Shown one piece after another: positions 45,832 through 56,055 of a stretch of DNA of 64,000 nucleotides (positions within the stretch are counted from its first letter, which is position 1; each line of letters starts with the position of its first letter). A program made the position numbers and the translations under genes. The DNA is taken from positions 384,001-448,000 of the forward strand of contig CAXXUK010000001.1 of the NCBI GenBank assembly GCA_963665125.2, read 5' to 3'. The notes beneath the pieces were generated by a model that was not told the origin of the DNA, searched no databases, and saw only the letters and a program-made list of their open reading frames with translations. Source of the stretch: an uncultured Desulfarculus sp. (GTDB lineage Bacteria; Desulfobacterota; Desulfarculia; Desulfarculales; Desulfarculaceae).

Positions 45832-46515
45832 TCAATACCGCGAGCCGAAGATGGCCGTGCCAACCCGGACCAGGGTGGCGCCCTCGGCGATGGCGGCTTC
45901 GAAGTCGCCGCTCATGCCCATGGACAGCTCATCCATGGAGCCCGGCGGAAGGTTGGGGGCCAGGGTCAGGGCCAGCTTACGAAGGCGGGCGAAGATGGGC
46001 CGCACCCGCTCGGGTTCGTCGAAAAACGGCGGCATGGTCATCAGGCCCTTCAACTCCAGGTTGGGAGCCTCGGCCACGGCCTGGCACAGGGCCTGGGCCT
46101 CGTTTTCATCGCAGCCTGATTTCTGTTCCTCGCCGCCCACGTTGACCTGGACCAATACGCCCAATTGTTTGTTCAACTCCACGGCCCGCTTGCTGATGAT
46201 ATCGACCAGTTTGATCCGATCCACGCTTTGGATGACGTGGGCCAACTCGGCGGCCTGGCGGGCCTTTTTGCTCTGCAAATGGCCGATGAAGTGCCACTGG
46301 GGGCCCGGCCCTATCTGGGCGGACTTGTCGCGCAGTTCCTGGATGTAGTTTTCGCCGAACAGTACTTGACCGGCGGCCAGGGCCTCATGCACGGCCTGGG
46401 CCGGTTTGGTCTTGGATACGGCCACCAGCCGCACCCCGGAAGGGTCGCGGCCGGCCTGCTTGGCGGCCTGGGCTATGCGTTGGTTTATTTCCTCAAGATT
46501 CTGACTGATGCTCAC
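45832..46515 (-). CDS. yggS: PLP homeostasis protein (YggS/PLPBP)
   Basis: LVAVSKT, FGENYIQE, WHFIGHLQ, LVQVN, GLMTMPP, LSMGMSGD, RVGTAIFG; GTG start at 46515. Confidence 0.95.
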   Translation of the reverse strand: MSISQNLEEINQRIAQAAKQAGRDPSGVRLVAVSKTKPAQAVHEALAAGQVLFGENYIQELRDKSAQIGPGPQWHFIGHLQSKKARQAAELAHVIQSVDRIKLVDIISKRAVELNKQLGVLVQVNVGGEEQKSGCDENEAQALCQAVAEAPNLELKGLMTMPPFFDEPERVRPIFARLRKLALTLAPNLPPGSMDELSMGMSGDFEAAIAEGATLVRVGTAIFGSRY

Positions 46516-46682
46516 AATAAGGCTCCACTGGTTGCGCTGATTACGCCTTGTCATAGCATCAATTTACCATGGCTGCCAGGGGTAGGCAAACATAGCTAGT
46601 CTCAGTTAAAAATCAGCCACGTCCTATCTTTCATACATGCTTTATTTTACTTGTCACCGCCTGATGTAAGCCCAGTGATAAA

Positions 46683-47507
46683 TTATAAATAACCTATTTG
46701 TTGACAGTGAATATTTTTATATTTGTTGCTATACAATGGACTTTTATAATTATTTTTTTTCAACCAATTCTTGTATAGTTTAATATCTGGATTTGCCATA
46801 TCAATTGTATATTCTATACCAAATATACAGACCACAGAAAAAAGAAATTGGCCATTAGAAAATAGAAGATCCATCTCGTTTAGGATTTCATACAGGTTGC
46901 CATTTTCGTCCTTGATGGGTACGTTTTCATCATAAATCCGTCGCTCATAAAACTGCCACTCAAATACTTGAGAACCATATCTAGCATATTTTCTTAACGC
47001 ATCAAGTTCCGGCTTGAAAATGACTTCTTCCTCCCATCCAGGAGCGTTAATAACCCGTGAGGTTAACAACTCAATACCTATTTTTGCTAACAATCTTGAC
47101 ATGCTGTAGGTATTTACTTTTCGTGGTATTGGGTAGGAAATTGTCCCCGACTTGTGTTCATCAAGGTGGCTTATAAACGACTGTTCACTTTTTATGTCAA
47201 GAGGGTAAATACCTTGAAGTCCATTTGTGGTTTTATACATCCCTAACACTGACGAATCCGGTCCCAATATGGGCTCTAAATTTGGTATTTTACCTTTTTT
47301 ACTAGGGATAGCATTTCTAAATCGTGCAAACTTAAAAAAGTCTGAATTTAATAGCTCTGCTTCAACTTTACGTGCGAAATAATTGTTGCACTTATCGCAA
47401 ACAATACCTGGGGGAAGAATTGTTTTCGTGTTTCCTAGAGATTCTGGAATAATATGCTCGGCGCTTGTAAATGTATTTACACTTGATTCGCAAAAAATAC
47501 AGCGCAT
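46683..47507 (-). CDS. HNH endonuclease-domain protein on an AT-rich insert
   Basis: CIFC...EHIIPESLGN...VCDKCNN zinc-HNH motif; low GC; start could extend to 47546. Confidence 0.78.
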   Translation of the reverse strand: MRCIFCESSVNTFTSAEHIIPESLGNTKTILPPGIVCDKCNNYFARKVEAELLNSDFFKFARFRNAIPSKKGKIPNLEPILGPDSSVLGMYKTTNGLQGIYPLDIKSEQSFISHLDEHKSGTISYPIPRKVNTYSMSRLLAKIGIELLTSRVINAPGWEEEVIFKPELDALRKYARYGSQVFEWQFYERRIYDENVPIKDENGNLYEILNEMDLLFSNGQFLFSVVCIFGIEYTIDMANPDIKLYKNWLKKNNYKSPLYSNKYKNIHCQQIGYL

Positions 47508-47632
47508 ACATGTTCCATGTATTGATCTGGTTGAAAAGTGTGGCAACCTGTTGGGGAATATATCCGACCTTTTTTAATCATGTTGTACGATTTGCGTAGA
47601 TAATTCCATTGGAAAAGAGTCGAACATACGTT

Positions 47633-48229
47633 CTAGCCTTCCTTTGGAACGATGATACCCGAAGATAATAGTCCTTCAACAACACGTGCCAAAGGCAGGC
47701 CCACCACGTTGGTGTAGCTTCCCGAGACCTCTTCGACGATGCAGGCGCCCATGCCCTGGATGGCGTAGCTGCCTGCCTTGTCCATGGGCTCGCCGGTGGC
47801 CACGTAGGCGTCGATCTCGGCCTGGGACAGCCTGCGGAAACGGACCCTGCTCTGGGCAGAGCCGGTCTTGCCGCCAAAGGGGCCGATGAGATGAAAGCCG
47901 GTCACGACCTGGTGCTCCCGCCCGCTCAGATAGCCCAGCATGCGCTTGGCGTCGGCGACGTCTCCGGGTTTGCCCAGTATGCGGCCGTCAATGGTTACGA
48001 GGGTGTCGGCGGCCAGGATGACTTCGCCGTTGTCGTCTTGGAACGCCGCATCGGCCTTGGCCCGGGCCAGGCGGCGGCAGGCTTCATTGGCCGATTCTCC
48101 CGCCGGTATGGTTTCGTCCACGTCGGTGGGGCGGATTTCAAAATCAAAGCCCAGCCACCCCAGGAGCTTTTTGCGGCGGGGAGAGGCCGAGGCCAACACT
48201 AGCCTCAGGCCTGGAGCGAATTGATACAC
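47633..48229 (-). CDS. maf: Maf family nucleoside triphosphate pyrophosphatase
   Basis: LASASPRR, ADT, ILGKP, LSGREH, GEPMDKAGSYAIQG, NVVGLP. Confidence 0.95.
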   Translation of the reverse strand: MYQFAPGLRLVLASASPRRKKLLGWLGFDFEIRPTDVDETIPAGESANEACRRLARAKADAAFQDDNGEVILAADTLVTIDGRILGKPGDVADAKRMLGYLSGREHQVVTGFHLIGPFGGKTGSAQSRVRFRRLSQAEIDAYVATGEPMDKAGSYAIQGMGACIVEEVSGSYTNVVGLPLARVVEGLLSSGIIVPKEG

Positions 48230-48232
48230 GCC

Positions 48233-49006
48233 TTATTCACCCAGTTCGGGCAGGCCGAACAGGCGGCGGGTGGCGTCGGCCGTGGCAAAAGCCGCCTCTT
48301 CCGGGGTGATGTCCAGGCAGGCCGCCAACTCGTTCAATACGTGAATCACATAGGCCGGTTCGTTCTGCTGGCCCCGCACGGGCTGGGGCGCCAGGAACGG
48401 GCAGTCGGTTTCTATAAGTAAACGCTCAAGGGGCACCAGCTTTACCAGATCCCTGAGCTCCTGGTTGTTGGGGAAGGTCAGCACGCCGGTGAGGCCGATA
48501 TGGAATCCGATGTCCAGGACCTTTTTGGCAAAGGCCTGATCCCCGGAAAAACAATGCACCACCCCGCCGATGCGCTCGGCGTTTTGTTCCTTGAGCATGG
48601 CCAGGGTGTCTTCATGGGCCTCGCGGTCGTGGATGACCAGGGGCAGGCCCAGGTCCGAGGCTATTTCGATCTGACGGGCGAACGTCTCGCGCTGGGCCGA
48701 CTTGGGAGTGCGGTCGCGGAAGTAGTCCAGGCCGCATTCGCCGATGGCCACGGCCGGAGCGGTCAGGGCCAGGCGCTTGAATTCGGACCAGATGCTGCGC
48801 TCCATATGCGCCGCGCTGTTGGGATGCTGGCCCACCGTGCAAAAAACGCCGCCAATTTCCCGGGACATATGGGCGGCGCGAATCGAAGAATCCAGGTCAA
48901 TACCAATGGTGATGATCTGGGCTACACCTGCTTCGCGGGCCCTTCTCACTGCTTGTGCGGGATGCTTCAACAGATCGAGGTGCGCGTGGCTATCCACCAC
49001 TTTCAT
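48233..49006 (-). CDS. tatD: TatD family nuclease
   Basis: DSHAHL, GECGLDY, IHDREA, HCFSG, ETDCPFLAP, NEP. Confidence 0.95.
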   Translation of the reverse strand: MKVVDSHAHLDLLKHPAQAVRRAREAGVAQIITIGIDLDSSIRAAHMSREIGGVFCTVGQHPNSAAHMERSIWSEFKRLALTAPAVAIGECGLDYFRDRTPKSAQRETFARQIEIASDLGLPLVIHDREAHEDTLAMLKEQNAERIGGVVHCFSGDQAFAKKVLDIGFHIGLTGVLTFPNNQELRDLVKLVPLERLLIETDCPFLAPQPVRGQQNEPAYVIHVLNELAACLDITPEEAAFATADATRRLFGLPELGE

Positions 49007-49172
49007 TTTTTGTCAGACTCCATAAACAGGCTCATATCAAGAGCAAGACCCGAAGTTGTTTGGGGACCAGCATTGTAGAATACCATTGATCCGGCCTTTT
49101 TCAATGGCCAACTACGGTCTAAAAGCTCATGGTTTTTCCTGGATATTGGCTCACGAAATGGCCGAAAAAGAA

Positions 49173-49967
49173 TCAGCCGGGAATGCCGTATTCGGCGGCG
49201 GCAAAGACCCGGTTTCCGGAAAACACCTTGATCAAGCGTACCAAATTCATCAGCTCCGGGTCTAGAGCATCCAGCATGACCGCCGAAAGTCCCGCGCCGA
49301 ATGCGGCGGCCAAAAACGGTGGGCCCGCGAAACGCACATTGGCCCCTGCCGATCCGGTGGTCAGGTTGCTAAGGGCGATGAATCCCCTGGGCGGGGGAGA
49401 GGAAACATAGGGCAGGGCCTTGAGCACCTCCAGCACGGCCGCGGCGTGGACCTCGCCGTCCTGCAGGGCCAGGGGCATGATCATCGGGTCGATGAGCACC
49501 TTGTCCGGGCTCACGCCGCCCGCCTGGGCCTTGTGGATAATATGGGCCGCCAGGGCCAGTCGTTCCTCGGCCGTTACCGGCACGGCCTTGTCGATGGTCG
49601 CGGCGATCATTTCCAGGCCGTGGCGTGAGGCCAGCTCGACAATGGGGTCGAGCTTATCGTCCAGGGCAGTGGCCATGTTCAACACCGGAGGCCGGGTGCA
49701 GAACTCCAGGGCCACGGCCAGGGTCCCGGCCTCGGGCGGGTCCAGGATCAACTTGAGGCCGCAGGCTTGTTCAGATGTCTGGATCAGAAAACGCCAGACA
49801 TCGGCCCGTTTGGCCGGGGCGATGTAGCCGGGGTTGATGTCCAGCCAGTCGGCCCCGGCGTCGGCGATGCGGCGGCACAGATCGCCGATGAACCCGGCGT
49901 CCCTGGCTTCAATGGCCCGGCGCACCGAGGGCCGCGATGAGGTGAGATTGTCCGCTGCTACGATCAT
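49173..49967 (-). CDS. pterin-binding (AcsE/MetH-like) methyltransferase domain protein
   Basis: GADWLDINPG, ERLALA, VLIDP, ALSNL, FLAAAFGAGL.A..LD pattern of the DHPS-like TIM barrel. Confidence 0.68.
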   Translation of the reverse strand: MIVAADNLTSSRPSVRRAIEARDAGFIGDLCRRIADAGADWLDINPGYIAPAKRADVWRFLIQTSEQACGLKLILDPPEAGTLAVALEFCTRPPVLNMATALDDKLDPIVELASRHGLEMIAATIDKAVPVTAEERLALAAHIIHKAQAGGVSPDKVLIDPMIMPLALQDGEVHAAAVLEVLKALPYVSSPPPRGFIALSNLTTGSAGANVRFAGPPFLAAAFGAGLSAVMLDALDPELMNLVRLIKVFSGNRVFAAAEYGIPG

Positions 49968-50078
49968 GGGGCATTGTAGCCGGGACGCCTGGGCAAGGCA
50001 AGTTCATCCAGGGGCTTGACAGCGGTGTGACGGCAATGTTCAATGAAACCCATCCATCGAACTCCATGGGGTTGTTCA

Positions 50079-51275
50079 GTGCACGACAAGGACCTGTTGA
50101 AGTTGCGGGCCGAACTGGAGCGGCGGGAGAGCGCAGGGCTAAGCGAATTCGGCTGCCCCAGCAGCGCCGCCCTGCGCCGCGAGCCCGACCCGGCCGCGGA
50201 ATCCGGCCACCGCCTGGCCTTTGCCGTGGACGGCGACCGGGTGCTGCATTCGCTTTCCTATACCCGCTACATCGACAAGACCCAGGTCTTCAGCCTGATC
50301 GACAACGACCACATCACTCACCGGGTGCTGCATGTGCAGCTGGTCAGCAAGATCGGCCGGACCATCGGCCGCATGCTGGGGCTCAACGAGGACCTCATCG
50401 AGGCCATGGCCCTGGCCCACGACATCGGCCATCCGCCCTTCGGCCACGACGGAGAGACCTATCTAAACCGGCTGTGCCTGGAACACGGCATCGGGGCGTT
50501 CATGCACAACGTGCAGTCGGTGCGCTTTTTGGAGCGGGTGGAAAAGGGCGGCCAAGGCCTCAATCTGTCGTTGCAGGTCCTCGACGGCGTTTTGTGCCAC
50601 GACGGCGAGGTGCACACCGGTGAGCTGTCACCGAAAAATGACAAGGATTTCCAAGTTTTGGACGATGAGATACGGTCAAAGCTGGCCGATCCCAAACTGA
50701 ACCTGCGGCCCATGACCCTGGAGGGCTGCGTGGTGCGGGTGGCCGACACGGTGGCCTATGTGGGCCGGGACTTTGAAGACGCCATCCGCATCGGCCTCAT
50801 CGAGCGTTCGGATCTGCCTGGGGGGGTTGCCGAGGTGTTGGGCCGGACCAACGGGACCATGGTTTACCGCCTGGTGGAAGACCTGGCCCTGCACAGCCTG
50901 GGGCAGTGCATGGTGCGGTTCAGCCCGGAAACGGGCCGGGCCTTGGCCGAGTTGAAGCGTTTCAACCTGGAGCGGATTTACCTCAACCCCAAGATAAAGA
51001 GCCAGCACGCCAAGATTGAAGCCATTTACCGGGCCCTGTTTGAGCAATACCTTGACGATCTGCAAGCGGGACGCACCAAAAGCCACGTGTATGCGGGTTT
51101 CCTTTCCGGCATGAACGAGCAATATCGCCAAGAGACGCCCTCGGCCATGGTTGTGCGGGATTTCCTGGCCGGAATGACCGACGAATATTTTCTGCGCCGT
51201 TTCCGGGAGTCCGTGTGGCCCGACCGGCTGCCCCGCAGGTTCAGCCCAGGCGGCCTGGACGACCAACCGGTTTGA
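50079..51275 (+). CDS. dgt: deoxyguanosinetriphosphate triphosphohydrolase-like HD protein
   Basis: DRVLHS, KTQVF, HDIGHPPFGH.GE, HNVQS, TLEG..VR.AD, DFLAGMTD; start 50079 or 50043. Confidence 0.88.
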   Translation: MHDKDLLKLRAELERRESAGLSEFGCPSSAALRREPDPAAESGHRLAFAVDGDRVLHSLSYTRYIDKTQVFSLIDNDHITHRVLHVQLVSKIGRTIGRMLGLNEDLIEAMALAHDIGHPPFGHDGETYLNRLCLEHGIGAFMHNVQSVRFLERVEKGGQGLNLSLQVLDGVLCHDGEVHTGELSPKNDKDFQVLDDEIRSKLADPKLNLRPMTLEGCVVRVADTVAYVGRDFEDAIRIGLIERSDLPGGVAEVLGRTNGTMVYRLVEDLALHSLGQCMVRFSPETGRALAELKRFNLERIYLNPKIKSQHAKIEAIYRALFEQYLDDLQAGRTKSHVYAGFLSGMNEQYRQETPSAMVVRDFLAGMTDEYFLRRFRESVWPDRLPRRFSPGGLDDQPV

Positions 51276-51284
51276 CCGTGGCCG

Positions 51285-52148
51285 CTATTCCGGTAATGTC
51301 GGCGGTTCGGGCGGCGTGGGGTTGGCGCCGCTGATGATGTCGCTCATTCTGGTTTCAATAGCCGGGGTAATTTCCGGGTGGGTCAGGATGTAAAACTTGT
51401 CCTGTTCCACGGCCTGCATCACCGTTTCAGCCACGTCTTCGGGCTTCAAACCCATTTCCACCATTTTGCGAAAAAATTCCAGCATGGCCTGTTGTTCCGA
51501 CGGCATGACCGGTTCCGGTCCGTCGTTTTTCAGGTCCGCGGGCCGGTTTTGCGCGCTGTCCATGATGCCCGTGGCCACAAAGCCCGGACACAGCACGCTG
51601 ACGCCGATCCTGGCGCCCCGGAATTTTAGGTCGTGGTAAAGCTGTTCGGATAACCCCACAACAGCGTGTTTGCTGAGCTGATACGAGGCGCTGGGGTGAA
51701 AGGTGAGCAGGCCGGCCACGGAAGAAGTATTTACGATATGGCATTCATCGTCCTGGGCCAGCATGCGCGGCACAAAAGACCGCACGCCGTTGATGACGCC
51801 CCAGAGATTTACCCCAATGGCCCATTCCAGGTCTTTTCGGGTGTCTTCCCATAATGAAAGACCAGCCCCAACGCCGGCATTGTTTAAAAGCAATTGTACT
51901 GAACCGAATTTGTCATAAGCCGCTTGGGCCAGGGCTTCAACCTGGTCTGCTTTGGAAGTGTCGGTGGTAATTGCCAGGACGTCGGCTCCAGCCTTCCGCA
52001 GATGCCCGGCCGCCTGCTCAAGCCGTTCGCTGTTGACATCGGCCATGACTACGTTCATCTCCCGGGTAACGCAGTTGTAAGCAAGGGCCAAGCCGATACC
52101 GCTGGCCGCGCCGGTGATTACAGCGGTTTTTCCCTTAAAGTCGTGCAT
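51285..52148 (-). CDS. short-chain dehydrogenase/reductase
   Basis: TGAASGIG, NNAGV, VNLWGV, YQLSKH, LCPGFV. Confidence 0.92.
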   Translation of the reverse strand: MHDFKGKTAVITGAASGIGLALAYNCVTREMNVVMADVNSERLEQAAGHLRKAGADVLAITTDTSKADQVEALAQAAYDKFGSVQLLLNNAGVGAGLSLWEDTRKDLEWAIGVNLWGVINGVRSFVPRMLAQDDECHIVNTSSVAGLLTFHPSASYQLSKHAVVGLSEQLYHDLKFRGARIGVSVLCPGFVATGIMDSAQNRPADLKNDGPEPVMPSEQQAMLEFFRKMVEMGLKPEDVAETVMQAVEQDKFYILTHPEITPAIETRMSDIISGANPTPPEPPTLPE

Positions 52149-52271
52149 TAATTCCCCCTAGGCGTGTTTCAACTGACAGCGCAAGTAAATTGATCGGAAT
52201 CCTAACACTTTAATCAGGGGTGGACAACGCTTGCACTGGTTTGCCGAAAGTTGATTCGGGAAAGGTTGCCT

Positions 52272-52305
52272 AAAAAAGAAAAACCGCCCGGTTTATCAGG
52301 CGGTT
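52272..52305 (-). terminator. intrinsic terminator of the 52331-52711 gene
   Basis: Minus strand AACCGCC-TGATAAACCG-GGCGGTTTTTCTTTTTT. Confidence 0.72.
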
Positions 52306-52330
52306 ACGGCGTGGCTTAACTTAATTGTGA

Positions 52331-52711
52331 TTATTCGGTCTTGGTCCAAGCGGGCGCGGAAAGGGTTTTGCCCTTTAACACCGTATTGGCGGTGTAAACG
52401 CCCTGCTTTTGCCAGACGCCGTTTTTATCCTTGCCGTAGACCACTCTCTTGCAAAAGCTGGATTGGGGATTTTTGGTTTTTTTGTAGGAGGCGAAGATTC
52501 CCTTGTCTTCCGTAAATTCCTGGAACATGCCTTCATATTCATCATTGGCGACATAATATTGCATGTCCTGCTCGTCCAGGTCATAGGTGCCAGTGTCACT
52601 GGAGCAGACAGCCTTGGCCACCTTCTCGGTCATGGTCGCCGCCTGGGCGGCCGGTATGGCCATTACAGCTATAAGAAGCAGGAACAACAGCGTCGCTATT
52701 TGTTTATTCAT
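52331..52711 (-). CDS. small secreted hypothetical protein
   Basis: Signal peptide ending AQA, GGAG RBS, own terminator, two Cys in the mature part. Confidence 0.75.
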   Translation of the reverse strand: MNKQIATLLFLLLIAVMAIPAAQAATMTEKVAKAVCSSDTGTYDLDEQDMQYYVANDEYEGMFQEFTEDKGIFASYKKTKNPQSSFCKRVVYGKDKNGVWQKQGVYTANTVLKGKTLSAPAWTKTE

Positions 52712-53065
52712 TGTTACTCTCCAAATTGTTCATAGGGCTAATGGAAACCGCATATCATCCGGTAGGCGGCTAAATTACGTAGCTAAAAGGTAACATGGAG
52801 AGTTGGCGGTAATCATCCCAAAACTGGTTTATTACCGCCGACGTGGGACGCCAATACGGGTAAAAGGCGATCTTGGTAAAAAAAGTAAAGGGTTTTTCAT
52901 TTGAAATTAAGTGGCTTCTGACGGCGTTGGCTCGAATGTATCCAGTATACATCAACAAAAAGCTTAACTAAATTACCTGCATATGGGGTGTAGCCTACTA
53001 TTGGGGTCGCCATTGAGCCATATTTCACAATACCTTTAAAATCAGGTACTTGCATAAAAGGGGGG

Positions 53066-53095
53066 TTGACTTTTAAGAGCCGGATTCATCACAAT
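53066..53095 (+). promoter_or_regulatory. putative sigma70 promoter of the ABC operon
   Basis: TTGACT-N18-CACAAT. Confidence 0.4.
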
Positions 53096-53153
53096 TTCAC
53101 AACAGGGTAGGGCTGAAAAGACTCCCAGCAATCAATACCTCGCGGGAGGAAAG

Positions 53154-53999
53154 ATGAACCACTCAAGCACCTCTGGCAGTGGCTATACCGGCTCTGTTTC
53201 CGCAAAGACGCCTATTCTGCAAGTTGATGACCTGCATCTGAGATTTGGAGGATTGGCCGCCCTGGCCGGCGTCAGTTTCGATATCGAGCCGGGCGTCATT
53301 CAGGCCATTATCGGACCCAACGGCGCGGGGAAGACCTGCATCCTCAATTGCATCTGCCGCTTCTATCATCCGCAGCACGGCAAAATCATCTTTATGGGCA
53401 AGAACATCTCCAAGGTGCCGACGCACACGGTTGCCAAGCTGGGCATTGCCCGCAGCTTCCAGAACATCGAGCTGTTCAAGGGTATGTCCGTTTTGGACAA
53501 CATCAAGCTTGGCCATCACGTGCATATGAGCAGCGGGTTTGTCTCGGGCGGCCTCTACCTGGGCAAGGCCCGGAAGGAAGAAATGCGGGTGCGCACCGAG
53601 ATCGAGGAAAAGATCATCGACCTGCTGGAAATCGAGGCCATCCGCAAAAAGACCGTGGGCACCTTGCCCTACGGCTTCCAGAAGCGTGTGGAACTGGCCC
53701 GGGCCCTGGCCATGAAGCCCAAACTGCTGCTGCTGGACGAACCCATGGCCGGCATGAACCTGGAGGAAACCGAGGACATGGCCCGCTTCATCCTGGACAT
53801 CAACCAGGAATGGGGCGTCACCGTGGTCCTCATCGAGCACGACATGGGCGTTGTCATGGACATCAGCGACAACGTCGTGGTGCTGGATTTCGGTACGAAA
53901 ATAGCCCAAGGCTCACCGGAAGAAGTTAGCAGGAATCCTCATGTGATCGAGGCTTACCTGGGAGCGGACGACGCGGCCCATTCCAAGCTGGGCGTGTAA
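53154..53999 (+). CDS. ABC transporter ATP-binding protein, LivG-type
   Basis: GPNGAGKT, ARSFQN, LPYGFQKRVELARAL, LLDEP, IEHDM. Confidence 0.93.
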   Translation: MNHSSTSGSGYTGSVSAKTPILQVDDLHLRFGGLAALAGVSFDIEPGVIQAIIGPNGAGKTCILNCICRFYHPQHGKIIFMGKNISKVPTHTVAKLGIARSFQNIELFKGMSVLDNIKLGHHVHMSSGFVSGGLYLGKARKEEMRVRTEIEEKIIDLLEIEAIRKKTVGTLPYGFQKRVELARALAMKPKLLLLDEPMAGMNLEETEDMARFILDINQEWGVTVVLIEHDMGVVMDISDNVVVLDFGTKIAQGSPEEVSRNPHVIEAYLGADDAAHSKLGV

Positions 54000-54019
54000 C
54001 CTCAGGCGGAGAAGAACTG

Positions 54020-56035
54020 TTGGCACTCACCTATGTCAAGGCTAAGGAGCCGGGCGCCGATATTCAAGGGGCCACCATGCCGGAACTGTTAAGGCGCAAC
54101 GCCGAAAGGTTCGGTGACGAAAGAGTGGCCCTGCGGGAAAAGGAATTCGGCATCTGGCAGTCGGTGACCTGGCGCGGTTATTACCAGCACGTCAAATACC
54201 TGGCCCTGGGTTTGGCTTCGTTGGGTTTTCAAGACAACGACGCCTTGGCCATCATCGGCGACAACCGGCCGGAATGGGTTTATGCCGAACTGGCGGCCCA
54301 GAGCCTCAAAGGCAGGCCCCTGGGCATCTATCAGGATTCCATCCTCACCGAGGTGGCCTATGTCATAGACCACTCGGACGCCTCGTATGTCGTGGCCGAG
54401 GACCAGGAGCAGGTCGACAAGGTCCTGGACATGATCGCTGATCTGCCCAAGGTCAAAAAGATCATCTACACCGACCCCAAGGGCATGCGCGGCTACAACG
54501 ACGAGCGCCTGATATTTTTCGACGATGTGGAGGAGTTGGGCCGCAAGTTCGAGTTGCAGAACAACCTCTACTTTGAGCGCTCCATCGACCGGCTGCGCTC
54601 CGAGGACATCGCCCTGATCGCCTACACCTCGGGCACCACCGGGTTCCCCAAGGGTTCGCTTTTAACCCATTCCAACATGCTCAAGATGGCCCTGAACCTG
54701 CATGGCGTGGACCCCAAACGGCCCGAGGACGAGTTCGTATCGTTTCTGCCGCTGCCCTGGATCGGCGAGCAGATGATGAGCGTCAGCTCGGCCCTGGCCA
54801 TCGGCTTTACGGTGAATTTCCCCGAGGAGCCGGACACGGCCATGGCCGATCTCTACGATATAGGGCCCAATGTGGTGTTCTCGCCGCCCCGGGTCTGGGA
54901 GCAGCTTGCCCGCTCGGTGATCGTCCGGCATATGGACGCCTCGTGGCTCAAGCGTTTTATCTACCGGTTGTGCATGCCCATCGGCTACCAGATGGCCGAC
55001 TTCCATTTTGAGAAAAAGACGCCTTCCTTTGGCTGGCGCGTCCTCTACAGTCTTAGCTGGATCATGCTCTTCCGGGCCCTCAAGGACCGGCTGGGCTTTT
55101 CCAATATCCGCAGCGCCTCCACCGGCGGTGCGGCCCTGGGCCCGGACGTGTTCCGCTTCTTCCATGCCTGCGGCGTCAAACTCAAGCAGATCTACGGCCA
55201 GACCGAGATCAGCGGCATCAGCTGCATCCACCGCGAAGACGCCGTGGACTTTACCTCGGTGGGCGAGCCCATCCCCGAGACCGAGGTGCTGATCCACGAC
55301 CCCGACCCCGAAGGCGTGGGCGAGATCGTCAGCAAGTCCCCGGCCTTGTTTGTCGGTTACCTGAAAAACGACAAGGCCACCGCCGAGACGATCCTTGATG
55401 GCTGGTTGCATTCCGGCGATGCGGGATACCTGACTGAAAAAGGCCAACTGGTATGCATCGACCGCGTCAAGGACTTGATGCGCTTGACCAGCGGGGCGCG
55501 GTTTTCGCCCATGTTCATCGAAAACAAGCTCAAGTTCTGCCCCTATATCATCGAATGCTGCGTGTTGGGCCATGATCGCGACTATGTCACGGCGCTGATC
55601 TGCATCGACTACAAGCATACCGGCAAGTGGGCCGAGGAAAAGCGGCTCAACTACACCACCTACACCGACCTGGCCAGCAAGAGCGAGGTCTACGAACTGA
55701 TCGAAAAAGAAGTGGTGCGGGTCAACCGGTCCCTGCCGGATGCCGCCCGCATTGACAAATTTTTGCTGCTTTACAAGGAGTTCGACCCCGATGACGGCGA
55801 ATTGACCCGTACGCGCAAGCTGCGCCGCCGGTTCATCGCCGAGCGTTACGGCGATGAAATCGAGGCCCTTTATAAGGATGTGGATTCGGTTCACGTGGAG
55901 AGCGAGATTCAGTACCAGGACGGCAAGACGGCGACCATCATCACCGACCTGCATATCCGCAAGCTCAAGCCCCTGGATCAATACGCTTTGGAGGCTGAAC
56001 GCAAATGGTGGCAGTTCTGGAAGCCGGTGCACTAA
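54020..56035 (+). CDS. long-chain acyl-CoA synthetase-like protein
   Basis: YTSGTTGFPKG, FLPLPW, PRVWE, YGQTE, WLHSGD, ELTRTRKLRR. Confidence 0.92.
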   Translation: MALTYVKAKEPGADIQGATMPELLRRNAERFGDERVALREKEFGIWQSVTWRGYYQHVKYLALGLASLGFQDNDALAIIGDNRPEWVYAELAAQSLKGRPLGIYQDSILTEVAYVIDHSDASYVVAEDQEQVDKVLDMIADLPKVKKIIYTDPKGMRGYNDERLIFFDDVEELGRKFELQNNLYFERSIDRLRSEDIALIAYTSGTTGFPKGSLLTHSNMLKMALNLHGVDPKRPEDEFVSFLPLPWIGEQMMSVSSALAIGFTVNFPEEPDTAMADLYDIGPNVVFSPPRVWEQLARSVIVRHMDASWLKRFIYRLCMPIGYQMADFHFEKKTPSFGWRVLYSLSWIMLFRALKDRLGFSNIRSASTGGAALGPDVFRFFHACGVKLKQIYGQTEISGISCIHREDAVDFTSVGEPIPETEVLIHDPDPEGVGEIVSKSPALFVGYLKNDKATAETILDGWLHSGDAGYLTEKGQLVCIDRVKDLMRLTSGARFSPMFIENKLKFCPYIIECCVLGHDRDYVTALICIDYKHTGKWAEEKRLNYTTYTDLASKSEVYELIEKEVVRVNRSLPDAARIDKFLLLYKEFDPDDGELTRTRKLRRRFIAERYGDEIEALYKDVDSVHVESEIQYQDGKTATIITDLHIRKLKPLDQYALEAERKWWQFWKPVH

Positions 56036-56055
56036 TTGGAGGCTAGGAGCGAATC

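Noticed and set aside
47633..51275. tatD, maf and dGTPase as an anti-phage nucleotide-depletion island
   Set aside because: Host-like GC and codon use and housekeeping-type sequences; only the HNH insert looks foreign
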